NCBI GenBank assembly: GCA_041394185.1 | Contig: JAWKIQ010000004.1 | Location: 322,075-386,074, forward strand | From: Acidimicrobiales bacterium | Lineage (GTDB): Bacteria > Actinomycetota > Acidimicrobiia > Acidimicrobiales > Poriferisodalaceae | Direction of reading: 5' to 3' | DNA: 64,000 nucleotides | Shown: positions 60,953-64,000 of the stretch, piece by piece | Layout of the letters: each line of letters starts with the position of its first letter | Numbering within the stretch: the stretch's first letter is position 1 | Program-made: the position numbers and the translations under genes | Notes under the pieces: model-generated | What the model saw: only the letters and a program-made list of their open reading frames with translations | The model's database searches: none | What the model was told of the DNA's origin: nothing

Positions 60953-62605
60953 ATGCCCGAAGACGATGTTGAGACATCCCCAGCGACCACAAACCACGAG
61001 GCGGCCACGCACGATGTGGTGGTCATCGGTGCCGGGGTGTCCGGCATCTATCAGATCAAGCGCCTCGTCGACATGGGGCTCGATGCCGTGGTGCTCGAAG
61101 CCGAAGCCGATCTGGGCGGCACCTGGTATCGCAATCGGTACCCGGGGTGCAGGTTCGACTCCGAGAGCTACACCTATGGCTACTCGTTCTCTCAGGAGTT
61201 GCTCGACGAGTGGCACTGGAAGGAGCGGTTCTCGCCCCAGCCCGAGAACTTGCGCTATCTCAACTATGTCGCCGACAAGTTCGACCTGCGCAAACACATG
61301 CGCTTCGGCGTGCGCATCGCATCCATGAAGTGGGACGAACAGCGGCGCGTCTGGCATCTCACCGACACCGAAGGGTCGGTCACCTCGGCCCGGTTCGTGG
61401 TGGCCAGCCTGGGCCCACTGTCGATACCGACCATGCCCGACTATCCGGGCCTCGACCGGTTCGAGGGGCAGGCGTTCCACACCTTTCACTGGCCCGAGGA
61501 ACCCGTCGAGTTGGCGGGCCGTCGAGTCGGCGTCATCGGTACCGGTGCAACGGGCATCCAGGTTATTGCCGAGATCGCAGACAAGGTCGGCGAGCTGAAG
61601 GTGTTCCAGCGGCGCCCCAACTGGAGCTCGCCGCTGAACAACGGACCGATCTCAGACGACGAGATGTCGCAGATACGGGCCCGCTACGACGAGATCTTCG
61701 CCAACTGCGCAGCCTCGCCGGGTGGGTTCGAGCATGTGCCCAGATGGGGCTTCTGGGATGCCACCGCCGAAGAGCGCCGGGCGTTGTGGGACCAGCTCTA
61801 TGCCGAGCCTGGCTTCGCGATTCTCGCTGCCAACTATGGCGAGATCTACTTCGACGAGGCCGCCAACGCCGAGCTGTCGGCCTACATCGCCGACCGCATT
61901 CGTGGCCGGGTCGACGACCCCGCCCTGGCCGAGAAGCTCATCCCCAGAGACCACGGTTTCGGGTTGCAGCGCCTGCCCCTCGAAACCCACTATTTCGAGG
62001 CTTACAACCGGCCCAACGTGCACCTGGTCGATCTCCAGGAGACACCGATCCAACACTTCACCGAGGGTGGCATCCAGACCAGCGACCAGCACCACGACCT
62101 CGATGTCATCGTGTTCGCAACCGGATTCGACGCCATCACCGGCGGCTACGACCGCATGGACATCGAAGGCGCCAACGGGGTTCGGTTGAGCGATCGGTGG
62201 AGCGACAGCCCACGCACCTTGCTTGGGGTGATGACACACGGGTTCCCCAACCTGATGATGGTCGCCGGCCCGCAGAGCGTGTCGGGTTCGACCAACTTCC
62301 CGCGGGCCATCGAAAAGGGTGTCGAGTTCGTCACCGGGCTGATCGAAACGACCCTCGACAACGGCAACACGCGCGTCGAGGCCCGCCTCGAGGCCGAGGA
62401 TGCCTGGGTCAAAGAGGTCGTACGCGCCCACGAGAGGTTGCTGATTCGCAACAGCAAGGGCTGGTTCACCGGATACAACTCGAACGTGGCCGGTCACGCC
62501 GAGGGGCAGGTGCGATATCAGGCATACTTCGGCGGCGCGCCTCGATACGTCGCCCGTGTCGAGGCCGTGGTCGACGGTGGCTACCGCGAGTTCGAGTTCG
62601 ACTAG
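60953..62605 (+). CDS. Baeyer-Villiger-type flavin monooxygenase
   Basis: [10 protein letters not shown], the BVMO fingerprint [12 protein letters not shown] (FxGxxxHxxxWP), and a second fold VIGTGATG. Confidence 0.88.
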   Translation: MPEDDVETSPATTNHEAATHDVVVIGAGVSGIYQIKRLVDMGLDAVVLEAEADLGGTWYRNRYPGCRFDSESYTYGYSFSQELLDEWHWKERFSPQPENLRYLNYVADKFDLRKHMRFGVRIASMKWDEQRRVWHLTDTEGSVTSARFVVASLGPLSIPTMPDYPGLDRFEGQAFHTFHWPEEPVELAGRRVGVIGTGATGIQVIAEIADKVGELKVFQRRPNWSSPLNNGPISDDEMSQIRARYDEIFANCAASPGGFEHVPRWGFWDATAEERRALWDQLYAEPGFAILAANYGEIYFDEAANAELSAYIADRIRGRVDDPALAEKLIPRDHGFGLQRLPLETHYFEAYNRPNVHLVDLQETPIQHFTEGGIQTSDQHHDLDVIVFATGFDAITGGYDRMDIEGANGVRLSDRWSDSPRTLLGVMTHGFPNLMMVAGPQSVSGSTNFPRAIEKGVEFVTGLIETTLDNGNTRVEARLEAEDAWVKEVVRAHERLLIRNSKGWFTGYNSNVAGHAEGQVRYQAYFGGAPRYVARVEAVVDGGYREFEFD

Positions 62606-62612
62606 GCCCTGT

Positions 62613-63341
62613 TCACAGAAGCTCGCGGTCGAACATCACCTTCACTCGCTCGTACGAGCGATCGGCCGCCGATTGGTGGTAGGCGCCGCTGCCGATTACG
62701 CCGAAGCCATGGTCGGCGCCGTCGTGGATCTCGGCTTCACCCTTTTCGAGGGCGTTCGTCGCGTCGATGAGGGCTTCGTTGGCCGACGCCGGTTGCATCT
62801 GGTCGGCCGAGCCGAATGCGATGTACAGCGACCCGGTATAGGTGGGCACTGCCAGGTGCGGTGAGTCGGGCGCGTCGGTGGTGCAAAACGACGGGTGCAA
62901 GCCGGCCGCAGCCCGAAACCGGTCACCCCTGTCGCGGATGGTGCACAGAGAGCTGCGGGCACCGATGCAGTATCCGATGCAGCCCATGGGTCCATCGGTG
63001 CGAGCGGCGGGGTCAGACGACAGCCAGTCGAGCACCGCCCCGACGTCTTCGCCGACCTGATCCTCCGAAGTCGCCATGATGAGGCCGAACATCTTCTTGA
63101 CCTCTTCGTCGGTACGAGCTGCCATCTGGTACCAGGGCTCGCTGCGGTGATAGCGGTCGTGTGTGACGACGTAATAACCCCAACCGGCTATGCGAGCCAT
63201 GGTGTCCTTCGACGGTTGGTCCAGGCCGGGGCCGTGGTGGAAGAACACCACCACCGGGAATGGTCCGTCGCCGTCGGGCCTGACCACATGGATGCCCAAC
63301 GGGCCGCTGGCTGAGTCGATGCTCTCGGTGTAGGTCTGCAC
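62613..63341 (-). CDS. dienelactone hydrolase family protein
   Basis: GTG start follows AAAGGGGGA. GPFPVVVFFHHGPG and IGYCIGA (G-x-C-x-G nucleophile). Confidence 0.65.
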   Translation of the reverse strand: MQTYTESIDSASGPLGIHVVRPDGDGPFPVVVFFHHGPGLDQPSKDTMARIAGWGYYVVTHDRYHRSEPWYQMAARTDEEVKKMFGLIMATSEDQVGEDVGAVLDWLSSDPAARTDGPMGCIGYCIGARSSLCTIRDRGDRFRAAAGLHPSFCTTDAPDSPHLAVPTYTGSLYIAFGSADQMQPASANEALIDATNALEKGEAEIHDGADHGFGVIGSGAYHQSAADRSYERVKVMFDRELL

Positions 63342-63477
63342 AGTTCCCCCTTTGTGTCGCAAGAAGCTAGCGGCACACGGTCGCGGACGAAATCTCCGAA
63401 AAATTCTGCGAGGCTGTCGAATCGGGCTCGAGCCGTTCGTCGTGATCACGAAACCAACCAATCCGAAAGGACATCCG

Positions 63478-63846
63478 ATGCCTCTCTACGCAGCACTCAT
63501 CTACTCCGAAGAGCCGACAACCGAGCCTGCACCCGACGAGTGGGCCCAGGTGATGGCCGACTACGGCGCCTTCGGCGAAGCGGCCGGCGCCGCTGGTGTA
63601 CTGGCCGGCGGCGAAGCGCTGCAGCCGACCATGACTGCCACCACCGTCAGCGTCGCCGGTGGCAAGGGCGGCGACGTCACCACCACCGACGGACCTTTCG
63701 CCGAGACCAAGGAAGTGCTCGGCGGCTTCTACCTGCTGAACTGCTCCGATCTCGACGAGGCCCTGCACTGGGCCGCGCAGATCCCCGGCGCCTGGCACGG
63801 CCGGGTCGAGGTCCGGCCGTGTATCGATTTCAGCCAGGAAGGCTGA
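63478..63846 (+). CDS. YciI-family (DGPF) protein
   Basis: TDGPFAETKEVLGGFYLL motif. This is the typical partner gene upstream of an ECF-type sigma factor. Confidence 0.8.
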   Translation: MPLYAALIYSEEPTTEPAPDEWAQVMADYGAFGEAAGAAGVLAGGEALQPTMTATTVSVAGGKGGDVTTTDGPFAETKEVLGGFYLLNCSDLDEALHWAAQIPGAWHGRVEVRPCIDFSQEG

Positions 63847-63873
63847 TCAGCCAGGAAGGTTGACGCCGACCCC

Positions 63874-64000
63874 GTGAACCAGCAGCTGCTGGCCGATGTC
63901 ATCCGCCGTGAGGGTGGCCGCGTCGTGGCCACCCTCACCCGGCGGCTCGGGTCTCTCGAGCTGGCCGAGGACGCGGTGCACGACGCCGTGGTCCGCGCGC
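63874..64000 (+). CDS. sigma-70/ECF-type RNA polymerase sigma factor, 3' end off-window
   Basis: The GTG-initiated frame (V)NQQLLADVIRREGGRVVATLTRRLGSLELAEDAVHDAVVRA matches the N-terminus of YciI-associated sigma factors. Not in the ORF track because it runs off the window. Confidence 0.55.
   Translation, partial: MNQQLLADVIRREGGRVVATLTRRLGSLELAEDAVHDAVVRA

Overview
GC-rich, actinobacterium-like chromosomal window. The taxon is inferred only from gene content: many LLM/F420-type oxidoreductases, a DUF222-HNH protein and TetR/IclR/GntR regulators. I can support about 60 protein genes and one tRNA-Val. I saw no rRNA, CRISPR array or intact mobile element. Most genes are ordinary metabolism or transport: three MFS transporters, cyclophilin, acyl-CoA ligase, an OmpR/GAF-kinase pair, FGGY kinase, a PLP lyase/decarboxylase, GH38 mannosidase, rhodanese, a CaCA antiporter, and an IclR-corrinoid protein-MttB-MTHFR-like / EtfAB / DMG-dehydrogenase / GntR betaine-type cluster. 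Five things stand out. (1) A radical SAM/SPASM gene (14807-16018) is translationally coupled to two paralogous small helical ORFs and looks like an unclassified RiPP operon. (2) It sits divergent to an atypical NRPS locus (7543-14375), which has the order carrier protein, then Pls/PosA-type membrane/hexapeptide domain interrupted by an in-frame TAA, then half a condensation domain, followed by a separate A-PCP-TE-TauD protein. (3) A second small NHLP/Nif11-like ORF (54834-55154) is sandwiched between two paralogous GT2 glycosyltransferases, next to an epimerase, a TauD dioxygenase and an M3 peptidase. It shares an EV[ST]GFS motif with the peptide at the rSAM locus. (4) A lower-GC islet follows tRNA-Val and carries a recombinase-like remnant. 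(5) The 6-phosphofructokinase is a tandem-duplicated, eukaryote-style enzyme. All family assignments come from motifs read by eye. No database search was run.
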